A stretch of DNA of 54,793 bases from a virus (Duplodnaviria; Caudoviricetes): IMG/VR virus record IMGVR_UViG_3300012920_000001, positions 1 through 54,793 of that record; one strand, written 5' to 3'. A program made the translations under genes and the position numbers. Below are positions 9,116-17,190 of this stretch, piece after piece (position 1 is the first letter of the stretch; the number at the start of each line of letters is the position of its first letter). A model generated the notes under the pieces. It did not search any database. It was given only the letters and a program-made list of their open reading frames with translations, and was not told the DNA's origin.

Positions 9116-9868
9116 ATGTCAAAAAAGAAGGCTGACTTTGAAAGTCAATTAAGAAGAGGTAAACAAAAAAAACCGCCTCGCATTTGTATCTATGGAGATC
9201 ACGGGATTGGAAAGTCAACATTGGCTAGTCACTTCCCAGATCCAATCTTCATAAGCACTGAGGACGGTCTAGACACACTGGACGTTGTTTCATTTGAACG
9301 TGCGGAGTCTGCAACAACGGTTGCTGAAAACATTCAGACTTTATTGTCTGGGGAGCATACTTTCAAAACGTGTGTGATCGACTCCGTTGATTGGCTTGTC
9401 GAGCCTTTGATCGTTAAATCCGTTGAAGATACTTATGACGCAAAGGAGTTGTCATACGGTAGGGATAAGGTCAAAGTATGTGAGGAATTTCGTGAGATCC
9501 TTCAGGGTCTTGATTATCTTCGGGAGCACCGTGGGATGAATGTTGTGTTAATAGCTCACAGTGCAGTCATAAAATTCGAAGATCCTCGCACGGAACCGTT
9601 CGATAAATATGAACCTAAGTTGCCAAAGTATTGTAACTCTCTGTTGCAAGAGTGGGTTGATGCTTTGTGCTTTGCAGCATTCGACGTTGTAATCCGCAAG
9701 TCGGATACTGGGTTCAACACAACGAAAAACCGTGGGGTATCGAGTGGTGATCGTTTCTTACACTTCCAACCCAACCCAGCTTTCGCCGCCAAAAATCGTT
9801 TTGATTGTCCTGATAAGATCGAAATGAATTTTGACAATTTATCTGAAGTCATCCCAGTATTTAGCTAA
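9116..9868 (+). CDS. Sak4-like AAA ATPase / single-strand annealing recombinase
   Basis: IYGDHGIGKST, TEDG, VIDSVDWL, LIAH, AKNR; AAGGAG RBS before ATG 9116. Confidence 0.85.
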   Translation: MSKKKADFESQLRRGKQKKPPRICIYGDHGIGKSTLASHFPDPIFISTEDGLDTLDVVSFERAESATTVAENIQTLLSGEHTFKTCVIDSVDWLVEPLIVKSVEDTYDAKELSYGRDKVKVCEEFREILQGLDYLREHRGMNVVLIAHSAVIKFEDPRTEPFDKYEPKLPKYCNSLLQEWVDALCFAAFDVVIRKSDTGFNTTKNRGVSSGDRFLHFQPNPAFAAKNRFDCPDKIEMNFDNLSEVIPVFS

Positions 9869-9878
9869 GGAGATAGTT

Positions 9879-10355
9879 ATGCCTAAATTTGGATTTAACC
9901 CAAGTGAGGTTGCACCTCAAGAACCAATGAGCTTTGAATTGTTACCCAAAGGTGAATACACTCTTCGGGCTACAGATGCCGAAGAACGTCCAACTAAAAA
10001 CAATGGTGAATTGATTGCTGTTACGTTTGAGGTAGCATCCGGTTCGTATGAAGGACGCAAAATCTGGTTTCAATTTAATACTAAAAATGCATCAGAAACA
10101 GCCGAGCGCATTGGTCATCAACAATTAGTTGCGTGGGCTACAGCGTGCGGTAAACCGGAAGCAGATGACACAGATGATCTGTTAGAAAGACCGTTTCAAG
10201 CTAATATCGTTATTGAAAAAGGCACTAACGGTTATGCTGATAAAAACAAGATCGCCTCGTTTCTGTTTTCCAAATCTAAGGCCAAGGCTCCAGTAGCGAA
10301 GTCTGAACCACCAAAGAAAGAAACTAACGGTGGTAGTAAATGGAAAATTGATTAA
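9879..10355 (+). CDS. DUF669-like single-stranded DNA-binding protein
   Basis: LLPKGEY...FEV..G.YEGRKIW pattern; next to Sak4-like gene; AAGGAG RBS. Confidence 0.75.
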   Translation: MPKFGFNPSEVAPQEPMSFELLPKGEYTLRATDAEERPTKNNGELIAVTFEVASGSYEGRKIWFQFNTKNASETAERIGHQQLVAWATACGKPEADDTDDLLERPFQANIVIEKGTNGYADKNKIASFLFSKSKAKAPVAKSEPPKKETNGGSKWKID

Positions 10356-10361
10356 ACAAAC

Positions 10362-10391
10362 GCCCGTGGTGAAAGCCACGGGCATCTTTCT
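10362..10391 (+). terminator. Stem-loop after SSB gene (weak terminator or processing site)
   Basis: GCCCGTGG-TGAAAG-CCACGGGC followed by ATCTTTCT. Confidence 0.5.
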
Positions 10392-10401
10392 GGATTGAGT
10401 T

Positions 10402-11229
10402 ATGGTTGCTATACCACCATCAGTTGAAAAACAAATTATCAAAAATATTTATCAGTCCTATCAAAAAAATCAGCCACTGTATTTTACTCGGTTAGGTGCA
10501 TCAAGCATTGGCACCGAATGTATCCGAAAGATATATTTTCAATGGCGTAACTTTGCCAAAAAACAATTGGACGGACGCATACTCCGTCTGTTTGAAACCG
10601 GATATATACAAGAAGATCGTATTATAAAAGATCTGCATAACTCTGGCTTAGAAGTCTGGGCAGTTGATGAATATGGCAGTCAGTTTGAATTTACAGACTC
10701 GACGGGTCATTTTGTCTGTCGGGCTGATGGCGTTGTGCGTAACGTGCCTCGTAACTCTGAGGCTCACTTGCTTGAAGTAAAAACTCATAACAAAAAAAGT
10801 TTCAGTGCTTTGCAACGTCACGGTGTAAAAGAATCAAAACCGGAGCACTATGCCCAAGTTCAAATCAGTATGGCGTTGGGAAATTTTCAACGTGGTCTTT
10901 ACGTTGCAGTGTGTAAAGATGACGAACAATTCTACGTGGAGCGTATTAAACCAAGTGCAAGAGATCAAAAGAACTTACAGAAACGCATTACATCGCTGTT
11001 AAACGCCCATATGAGGCCGACAGGCATCAGTGATGACGGAAGTGCATTTCAGTGTAAATGGTGTGATATGCGTAGCGTTTGTATCAAAGAAGAAAAACCA
11101 CTGGTGCATTGTAGAACTTGCCAAAATTCTATACCAAGTCATAATGGGGAATGGCATTGCACTTTGCATGATGCGACTTTGACCCCACAGAATCAACTCG
11201 TTGGTTGCGAGGATTATACAGCGTTATGA
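10402..11229 (+). CDS. PD-(D/E)xK Cas4-like exonuclease
   Basis: LGASSIG..C.R, ADG...LLEVKT, HYAQVQ, C-terminal Cys clusters CKWC..C and CRTC. Confidence 0.8.
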   Translation: MVAIPPSVEKQIIKNIYQSYQKNQPLYFTRLGASSIGTECIRKIYFQWRNFAKKQLDGRILRLFETGYIQEDRIIKDLHNSGLEVWAVDEYGSQFEFTDSTGHFVCRADGVVRNVPRNSEAHLLEVKTHNKKSFSALQRHGVKESKPEHYAQVQISMALGNFQRGLYVAVCKDDEQFYVERIKPSARDQKNLQKRITSLLNAHMRPTGISDDGSAFQCKWCDMRSVCIKEEKPLVHCRTCQNSIPSHNGEWHCTLHDATLTPQNQLVGCEDYTAL

Positions 11230-11714
11230 TTACGATTGGCATAGATCCGGGTCTGAGAGGGGCCATTGGAATCCTAGATAATGGACAGTTTAAATCCGTA
11301 CACGACATGCCAGTGATGAATAAAGGTGGTGGTAAGGTCAAATGGGAAGTTGATGTGTCAGCTACGATCAACTTACTACGACAAAATAGTCGTAAGGAAG
11401 GTGAACCTGAAGATTTTATTTCGTGCGCTATTGAACGAGTTAACGCCCATCCGGGTCAGGGAGTTTCAAGCGTATTTAGCTTGGGTGATTCTTTCGGCAC
11501 TGCTCGTGCTTGCGTGGCTAGTTGCCGATTCGAGTTGCGTTATGTGATGCCCCAAGTGTGGAAAAAACATTTTGGATTATCGGCAGATAAAGAACAGGCC
11601 AGAGCAGTTGCCCTGACCTTGTTTCCCGATGCTCCAATTAATTTAAAAAAGCACGCAGACCGAGCCGAGTCCTTGTTGATGGCTAGGTGGTTGTGGGAGA
11701 CGGAGTTTGAATAG
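11226..11714 (+). CDS. RuvC-like (MOC1-like) Holliday junction resolvase
   Basis: IGIDPG, AIERV, PQVWKK, DRAESLL motifs. Confidence 0.8.
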   Translation: MITIGIDPGLRGAIGILDNGQFKSVHDMPVMNKGGGKVKWEVDVSATINLLRQNSRKEGEPEDFISCAIERVNAHPGQGVSSVFSLGDSFGTARACVASCRFELRYVMPQVWKKHFGLSADKEQARAVALTLFPDAPINLKKHADRAESLLMARWLWETEFE

Positions 11715-12351
11715 GTTGCTTTGGATAGCTATCCAAAATTTTATACCTCAACGCTTTTCTTAAATCCTTTTTCTCGCGTTTGCTTCCTAGAAAGTAAATG
11801 TATCGATGTTTTTGAGATCGCTCTACAACCTCATATTTTTCTGGGTCAGCTATCCGTTCTTCTAACGTGCTCTGTGACACGATAGTCTTAGAGTGCAAAT
11901 TAGAGCCACGGACAACCCATTCAGTTCTTTTGGCACTTATACCAGTGTAAACAAAATTGAGTGCTTGATAGATCACTCCTGTATGGTCTTGAGCCGTATC
12001 AGCGTAGGAGACAACTACTTTTGGTCTTGGCAATAGTTTAAGAGCACGACTAACCAGAAAAGACGCTTCGTTTTTCAAATTGTCACGAAGCACAAGTCGG
12101 TTGAGTTCGATGACGTTTTCCTTGTGTTCCACGCCACAGACCCCCTCACACAACGAGGGTGATGGTGGTGTACCAAAAGAAACAATCCCCACAAGTGGCC
12201 CGATACGGAACAAGTCGTGAGGATTGTCACCCTTTTTAAATAACCCAAATGCCCAACTTATAGAGGGTACTCGCCTCGCATAGTGGATATCCAATATGAA
12301 AGGCAAGCAATCTCTATAGTTGATAGGCTCGACGTTATATTCGCTCTCCAT
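11683..12351 (-). CDS. Mom-like adenine-modification protein (GNAT fold)
   Basis: HY, ELNRL, EASFL, VSYAD, HTGVIYQALNF.YTG motifs of the Mu Mom family. Confidence 0.75.
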   Translation of the reverse strand: MESEYNVEPINYRDCLPFILDIHYARRVPSISWAFGLFKKGDNPHDLFRIGPLVGIVSFGTPPSPSLCEGVCGVEHKENVIELNRLVLRDNLKNEASFLVSRALKLLPRPKVVVSYADTAQDHTGVIYQALNFVYTGISAKRTEWVVRGSNLHSKTIVSQSTLEERIADPEKYEVVERSQKHRYIYFLGSKREKKDLRKALRYKILDSYPKQPIQTPSPTTT

Positions 12352-12353
12352 TC

Positions 12354-13148
12354 TTAATTGCTCACTTGAGAAATGACAGCTTTTCTTGGTCTTTTAAAAA
12401 ACCCAAACTTAGCATCTTTTTCAGACGGTGTTACAGATGCTGTAAAAGTAATATGATCACCTTTACCAACGGTTAGAAGTTTACCCTCTTCATTGAAAAT
12501 GGTTGGCACAGAACCCCAAACTACAAAACCGTTTCGATGATCTTTTACTGTCATTTTTGCGACTTGACCAAATCGAGTATCTTTCAAAGCAACTTTAAGC
12601 ACTTCACCAGAAACATTAACTGTTCCCGTTGGTACATCTTGAGCTTTGGCTTTTTCCTTAGCCCATTGCGCTTCACGCTCTGCTTGCTTTTCTGCAAATG
12701 TCAAACCACCAGTAATTTCACGCTGTCTTGCTAACCTTTTTTCTACACGAAGAGCATCTCTTTCCTCTCTCTTTCTACGGGCTGTCTCGCGTCTTTTTGC
12801 ACGAGTTTCAGGAGAGGTTTTGAAAGCACGTTTTCCAACACCGCCACAGTCCCAACATTTTTTGTCTAATACACCCCATGCGACAAAACCTATACCATCA
12901 CATTTGCCACAATTCTCCCACCAAACTTTTTTGACTTTTTCACCAAGGCCAGTACCGTTACATGGCTCACAAATTTTGCCAACAATAGGTCCAGCTTTGT
13001 TAGCTCTAGAAAATTCAATAAGGTGTTCTGATCCAACCCTTGCAAAAAGATCAATTTTCGTAAAACCCTTACCCTCACACTTCAAGCATGATTTGATGTC
13101 GAGTCCGTCTTGATTGTTATCTGGAATGTTATGTTTCGTGCAAGTCAT
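12354..13148 (-). CDS. DnaJ-type zinc-finger protein with C-terminal OB-fold-like domain (start revised to ATG 13148)
   Basis: Four CxxCxGxG repeats (CLKCEGKG, CEPCNGTG, CGKCDGIG, CWDCGGVG); ACGGAGA RBS. Confidence 0.7.
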   Translation of the reverse strand: MTCTKHNIPDNNQDGLDIKSCLKCEGKGFTKIDLFARVGSEHLIEFSRANKAGPIVGKICEPCNGTGLGEKVKKVWWENCGKCDGIGFVAWGVLDKKCWDCGGVGKRAFKTSPETRAKRRETARRKREERDALRVEKRLARQREITGGLTFAEKQAEREAQWAKEKAKAQDVPTGTVNVSGEVLKVALKDTRFGQVAKMTVKDHRNGFVVWGSVPTIFNEEGKLLTVGKGDHITFTASVTPSEKDAKFGFFKRPRKAVISQVSN

Positions 13149-13176
13149 CTCAGTTCTCCGTTTCAAGTTATTCTTA

Positions 13177-13205
13177 TTTATAACAACTTCCGGAGTAGAT
13201 TGCAA
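13177..13205 (-). promoter_or_regulatory. Sigma70-type promoter P4 with the shared spacer element
   Basis: Minus strand TTGCAA-17 nt (TCTACTCCGGAAGTTGT)-TATAAA, extended -10 TG. Confidence 0.75.
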
Positions 13206-13208
13206 GCA

Positions 13209-13673
13209 CTAACTAGACAAAAATAATTTTCTTTCTGCCATGCGTCTACGATGTAAACCACGGATAAATTTACCACTGGCATAAGACCACCGGGGAAATT
13301 CGTCAGGTGCCGTAGGGTCACCCCGTAGAACTTTTTTACGGAGTGTACTTGCACGGAGAGATCCGCTGCCAAGATTATATGCGAAACTAACCAGACTATC
13401 GAACTGGTTTTGCGTTAAATGACTACAAGGCACGAGCGTGAGCACTGCACGCTCATATGATACCAATTGTTGCCTTAATAGGCGTTCTGCTTCATCCTCG
13501 GACATCTCAGGGGTATTTTGAGTAACCCTACTACCATCAGCTAGGCGTGTACTACCCCAACCTATGGTCCACACTGCTGCGCTGCACTGGTATGGTTTCG
13601 AGCGAAAGCCCTCGAAAGCCTTTATGAGATCGATGCCACGGTCAGATGTCTTGGTTACTTTCTGGACATCCAT
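13209..13673 (-). CDS. Endolysin, GH24 lysozyme (start revised to ATG 13673)
   Basis: IKAFEG...Y.C..VWTIGWGST, NQFDSLVSFAYNLG, GLHRRRMAE..LF. Confidence 0.9.
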   Translation of the reverse strand: MDVQKVTKTSDRGIDLIKAFEGFRSKPYQCSAAVWTIGWGSTRLADGSRVTQNTPEMSEDEAERLLRQQLVSYERAVLTLVPCSHLTQNQFDSLVSFAYNLGSGSLRASTLRKKVLRGDPTAPDEFPRWSYASGKFIRGLHRRRMAERKLFLSS

Positions 13674-13939
13674 GCTTGCATACCGTAATAGGCACCAATA
13701 ATACCAGCCAGCGCCACAAACAGGGTTGATATCAACCCGGACAAGGCTGTAATGCGGCTGTCCGGAATTAACCCTGATAACAACACACAAGTTAGTAGAA
13801 CCATGACTACAAAACTAGCGATGGTAATCCTACTTTGTATCGTGTTTTTTTCGTGCAGGTCAGCAACCTGCACCTCTTCGGCAGTGATTATACCGTCACC
13901 ATCACGGTCCATTTCTTTTTCAAACTTGATAGCATTCAT
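13655..13939 (-). CDS. Holin-like membrane protein with EF-hand-like N-terminal loop
   Basis: DRDGDGIITAEE plus two hydrophobic helices; adjacent to endolysin. Confidence 0.55.
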   Translation of the reverse strand: MNAIKFEKEMDRDGDGIITAEEVQVADLHEKNTIQSRITIASFVVMVLLTCVLLSGLIPDSRITALSGLISTLFVALAGIIGAYYGMQAWMSRK

Positions 13940-14199
13940 GCTCTGGTCTTTCTATATTTTCTAGTTTTGCTTGCGATTTTAGTCGGTTGCTTAGAAAACT
14001 GTTTACCAGCTTTAGTTGCTTTACGTTTGGCAGCAGTCGTAGCCGCATATTCTTGGCTACTCAGACGCTTTATAGCTTTCTCCGGTAGGTAACGTTCACC
14101 AGTGGCCTTCGGCCCTTGTGTAGATGGTTTTCCTGATTTGGTTCGCCATTTTTGTTTACCCCAATCGGTTAGACTTTTTTGTCTAGGTGTTTTAGCCAT
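13936..14199 (-). CDS. Basic protein, DUF5872-like C-terminal half
   Basis: QKSL..W.KQKWRTKSGK...GERYLP.KA motif; Lys/Arg rich. Confidence 0.6.
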   Translation of the reverse strand: MAKTPRQKSLTDWGKQKWRTKSGKPSTQGPKATGERYLPEKAIKRLSSQEYAATTAAKRKATKAGKQFSKQPTKIASKTRKYRKTRA

Positions 14200-14384
14200 T
14201 AGGACTTATAACCCCCACCTGCTTCTTTATATTTCTTTGCAACCATTTGGGCTTTGCGTGCACTCCATTGACCGGGCCTACCACCTTTACCACTAGCCTT
14301 AACTGATTCAAATATCTTTTTTCTTAGTCCGGGTTTTGTGTAGTTGCCTGATTTATTTACGGTGCTTTTTTTTCTTGGAGCCAT
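14199..14384 (-). CDS. Basic protein, DUF5872-like N-terminal half
   Basis: YTKPGLR...KGG.PGQWSARKAQ..AK.YK..GGGY motif. Confidence 0.6.
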   Translation of the reverse strand: MAPRKKSTVNKSGNYTKPGLRKKIFESVKASGKGGRPGQWSARKAQMVAKKYKEAGGGYKS

Positions 14385-14569
14385 TACTTATCCCTTCCAT
14401 TGTTAATACGATCTCGTAAAGAATTGACCAATTCGAACAACACCTCTATTTTTTTCTGAGCTTCCGCTAATAAGACATGATTCCTCACGAGGGCGTATAC
14501 GATCCCGCCAAGTACCGCAAATGCACCGAGGAAAACGTTTATCCATTCTGTTATGCTTATACCTTCCAT
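14384..14569 (-). CDS. Small membrane protein
   Basis: One hydrophobic helix followed by short coiled coil; lysis region. Confidence 0.6.
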   Translation of the reverse strand: MEGISITEWINVFLGAFAVLGGIVYALVRNHVLLAEAQKKIEVLFELVNSLRDRINNGRDK

Positions 14570-14571
14570 AA

Positions 14572-15036
14572 CTATTTCCTACTGAATGCTCTACTACCAA
14601 AATAGAAACTTATGATAGCAGCCAAGGTTGGGCTATCTACTTCATTTGACCAAATCAATGGTAATGCATCCTTAATCATCATTCCTTCAAACTGAATCAT
14701 GCCATAGAGAGCAAACATTTTGACCGATATGTAAAACAACAAAAAAATATAAGCAATGCTTGGTCTGACACTAGCTCGGTATGCAGATATCCACGATCCC
14801 TTTTCTAGTGACGCAGCCTCGGCCGCATCGGCTTGATATAGGGCCACTGTCTCAGCCGATAGAGCTTGCACCTGAGCCTTATCACGCTCAAACTCAGCCG
14901 TGATGCGTGTTAGTTCGGCTTGCTTTTCCATAAGCCGAATCTCTTGCTTATTCTGTTCCCGTGTTTCGATGAACGAGAGTATCTTGGGAAGAAAACTCGA
15001 TCCGAAACCAATTAGAGAACCGAGAAGTGTCAACAT
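14572..15036 (-). CDS. Holin, 3TM (GTA-type holin-like)
   Basis: SVRP..AY and IISFYFGSR motifs, hydrophobic segments. Confidence 0.7.
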   Translation of the reverse strand: MLTLLGSLIGFGSSFLPKILSFIETREQNKQEIRLMEKQAELTRITAEFERDKAQVQALSAETVALYQADAAEAASLEKGSWISAYRASVRPSIAYIFLLFYISVKMFALYGMIQFEGMMIKDALPLIWSNEVDSPTLAAIISFYFGSRAFSRK

Positions 15037-15038
15037 TT

Positions 15039-15161
15039 TTAGCTTCCCAACGCCATAAGAATTGCTACGACAAAAAAAGTAACAAAAAGAATAATACCTA
15101 TTTGTGTGATTATATTTTGTTCTCCGAAAAATTTTTGTAATTTGTCAAAAAATTTACCCAT
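15039..15161 (-). CDS. 40-aa membrane peptide missing from the ORF track
   Basis: MGKFFDKLQKFFGEQNIITQIGIILFVTFFVVAILMALGS; GAGG RBS; fills the gap between neighbours. Confidence 0.65.
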   Translation of the reverse strand: MGKFFDKLQKFFGEQNIITQIGIILFVTFFVVAILMALGS

Positions 15162-15165
15162 CGCT

Positions 15166-17190
15166 TTATTCCTCATACTGTAGATATCTGTTTTGTGGGG
15201 CTTCACTCAGATTAGCAACTTCGGCCCCTACCCCAAACGGTTGAACTACATCTTGTATCATTTTTGCATCTGCTCTCTGGGAAGCCTTATCAACTAATTT
15301 AACTACCGTGCTGAGACTTTCTGGTGAACCGTCAGATAATAATTCTGAAATTTTCAACGATACTTGGTCTTGAAATTCGTCGCTCCCCTCATCGCCTGAA
15401 AAAAATCGGGCCATCTTTCTAACTAAACCATCATCGCCAAAAATAATTCCAGCCGCTTTTGGGTTAGACGAAGTCAACTTGTCGTAGGCTTTAACGGCTT
15501 CCCCTCTTCCTGCTGTTTGAGACCCCCCACCGATTGCATTCATTCTACGGTAAAGTTCCGTTTCAATCATCATGGCTTTCTCAAAATTGTCAGCCTTGAT
15601 AACATCGCCATCAAACAGTTGACGAATTTTTGCCCTGAGAGCTTCACCACCTTTTACATTTCCCCCTAACATTTGAGCAAAATTTCTACCACCTTTGACG
15701 TTTAAAACAGAATTTTGTAATACGTCTACAGCAGCCATAATTGCTGTTTCTTTTTCTGCTTTACTATTGAGGGAGTTTAGGAATTTTTCCAATTCTTCCG
15801 GAGTCATTTTATTGAATTGCTTTTTCATTTCTCGTCCGGCTTCTAGCATTGCTGATTTATCACTATAAACTTTTCTTGCGTTCGCATATTCAGGAAATAG
15901 TTCATCTAGCTTTTTCAAAAATCCATCTTTTGCTTCTAGAAGTGCTCCTGTAAGTTCTGTAGGTTCGAAATCTTTATAACTGTCTCTGATTTCGTCATCT
16001 ACACCCTGTTTGATTCTGTCAAAAAGTCTTAGGGATATGGGAGGACGTTCGCCTTTTTGTAATCTATTTAACAACGATGCCAAATCCCTAGCTTCATCAT
16101 CCAATCCACGTTCCTGCGCTAACCGGATAGACCTTTGTAAACCGTTGCGAAAAGCAGGTCTTTGTAAATAAGATGTAATGTCATCGAAACCTTCGTCTGC
16201 TTCCGTAATCATAATTTCTTTTTTACGGTTACCCACTATCATTGGGTTACCCTCTACATCCAGTTCGTAAAATGCTTTTTCATATAACGGACCAGCTTGT
16301 GCTTTGCGGGATTCAGCAATCGCGTCTATTGTTTGGACATAACTTTGTCCTGAATATGGTGACACACTATTGAGTCTCTGAGATATTCTACCTTGTGCAT
16401 CAGTTGTTATTTCGTCGGCTGTATCGCGGATTACTGTCTTGGGTTCGCCACCTTTTGTTACAATGGTATCAGCAAGAGTTTCTAACTCTCTGTTGACTCC
16501 CATCGGCACCATAGGAATATCCAATTCTTGCGCAGCTATAACATCATCCATTGTATTTCTTGCAGCTTGCGAACCACCTGTCGTAGAGAGTAAAACATCG
16601 CCAACTGCTTGATCCCTAGTTCTCCCTGATCCAAATTTACGTTTCAGAAATTTTCCTACTCCTTGGAGCGCGGGTTCAAGAATAGGAGTTGTCAGAGCAC
16701 CAAAAAATGCTCCACTTTCTCTCGCTTCTTCTCTATCTTTTTCATATTGTGGACTTCTATAAGGTGCTTCTGAATAGCCACCACCAGCAATATCGCCACC
16801 GATGTAACCACCTGTACCACCTAACGCCCCTCGTTTTGCGGTTCGCATTACCTTACCACCAACACCCCCCGGTCCTCGTAGTATTCGTTCTAGCGTACCC
16901 ATTTTTCGAATCAGTGGGTCTACACCTACTCTGCCACGACTTATTAGAGCCGCTGCAAGTAAAGGTGTTATAGCCCCAGTAAATTCCCCCACGGCAGCTG
17001 TACCCGGAAATTTTTTTTGATAATCAGCATACGATCTTCTTAAAGCGGCCAAATTTTCTTCATATGATTTATTGTTTACTTTTGACTTCAAATAAGCCTC
17101 GGCCTCATCACCCTGACCCATGAGAAGACCTTGACCGAGAACAGAATCCAAAAATCCCCTGTCAAGAAATTGTGAACGTTCTTCAGCCAT
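15166..17190 (-). CDS. Putative internal virion / DNA ejection protein
   Basis: Large helical protein at the end of the tail module, podovirus synteny. Confidence 0.6.
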   Translation of the reverse strand: MAEERSQFLDRGFLDSVLGQGLLMGQGDEAEAYLKSKVNNKSYEENLAALRRSYADYQKKFPGTAAVGEFTGAITPLLAAALISRGRVGVDPLIRKMGTLERILRGPGGVGGKVMRTAKRGALGGTGGYIGGDIAGGGYSEAPYRSPQYEKDREEARESGAFFGALTTPILEPALQGVGKFLKRKFGSGRTRDQAVGDVLLSTTGGSQAARNTMDDVIAAQELDIPMVPMGVNRELETLADTIVTKGGEPKTVIRDTADEITTDAQGRISQRLNSVSPYSGQSYVQTIDAIAESRKAQAGPLYEKAFYELDVEGNPMIVGNRKKEIMITEADEGFDDITSYLQRPAFRNGLQRSIRLAQERGLDDEARDLASLLNRLQKGERPPISLRLFDRIKQGVDDEIRDSYKDFEPTELTGALLEAKDGFLKKLDELFPEYANARKVYSDKSAMLEAGREMKKQFNKMTPEELEKFLNSLNSKAEKETAIMAAVDVLQNSVLNVKGGRNFAQMLGGNVKGGEALRAKIRQLFDGDVIKADNFEKAMMIETELYRRMNAIGGGSQTAGRGEAVKAYDKLTSSNPKAAGIIFGDDGLVRKMARFFSGDEGSDEFQDQVSLKISELLSDGSPESLSTVVKLVDKASQRADAKMIQDVVQPFGVGAEVANLSEAPQNRYLQYEE

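Noticed and set aside
10402-11229. Cas4-like gene as evidence of a CRISPR-Cas system
   Set aside because: No other cas genes or array; context is a Sak4/SSB recombination module.
12354-13148. DnaJ chaperone
   Set aside because: Only the CxxCxGxG zinc-finger repeats are present; no J-domain HPD motif.
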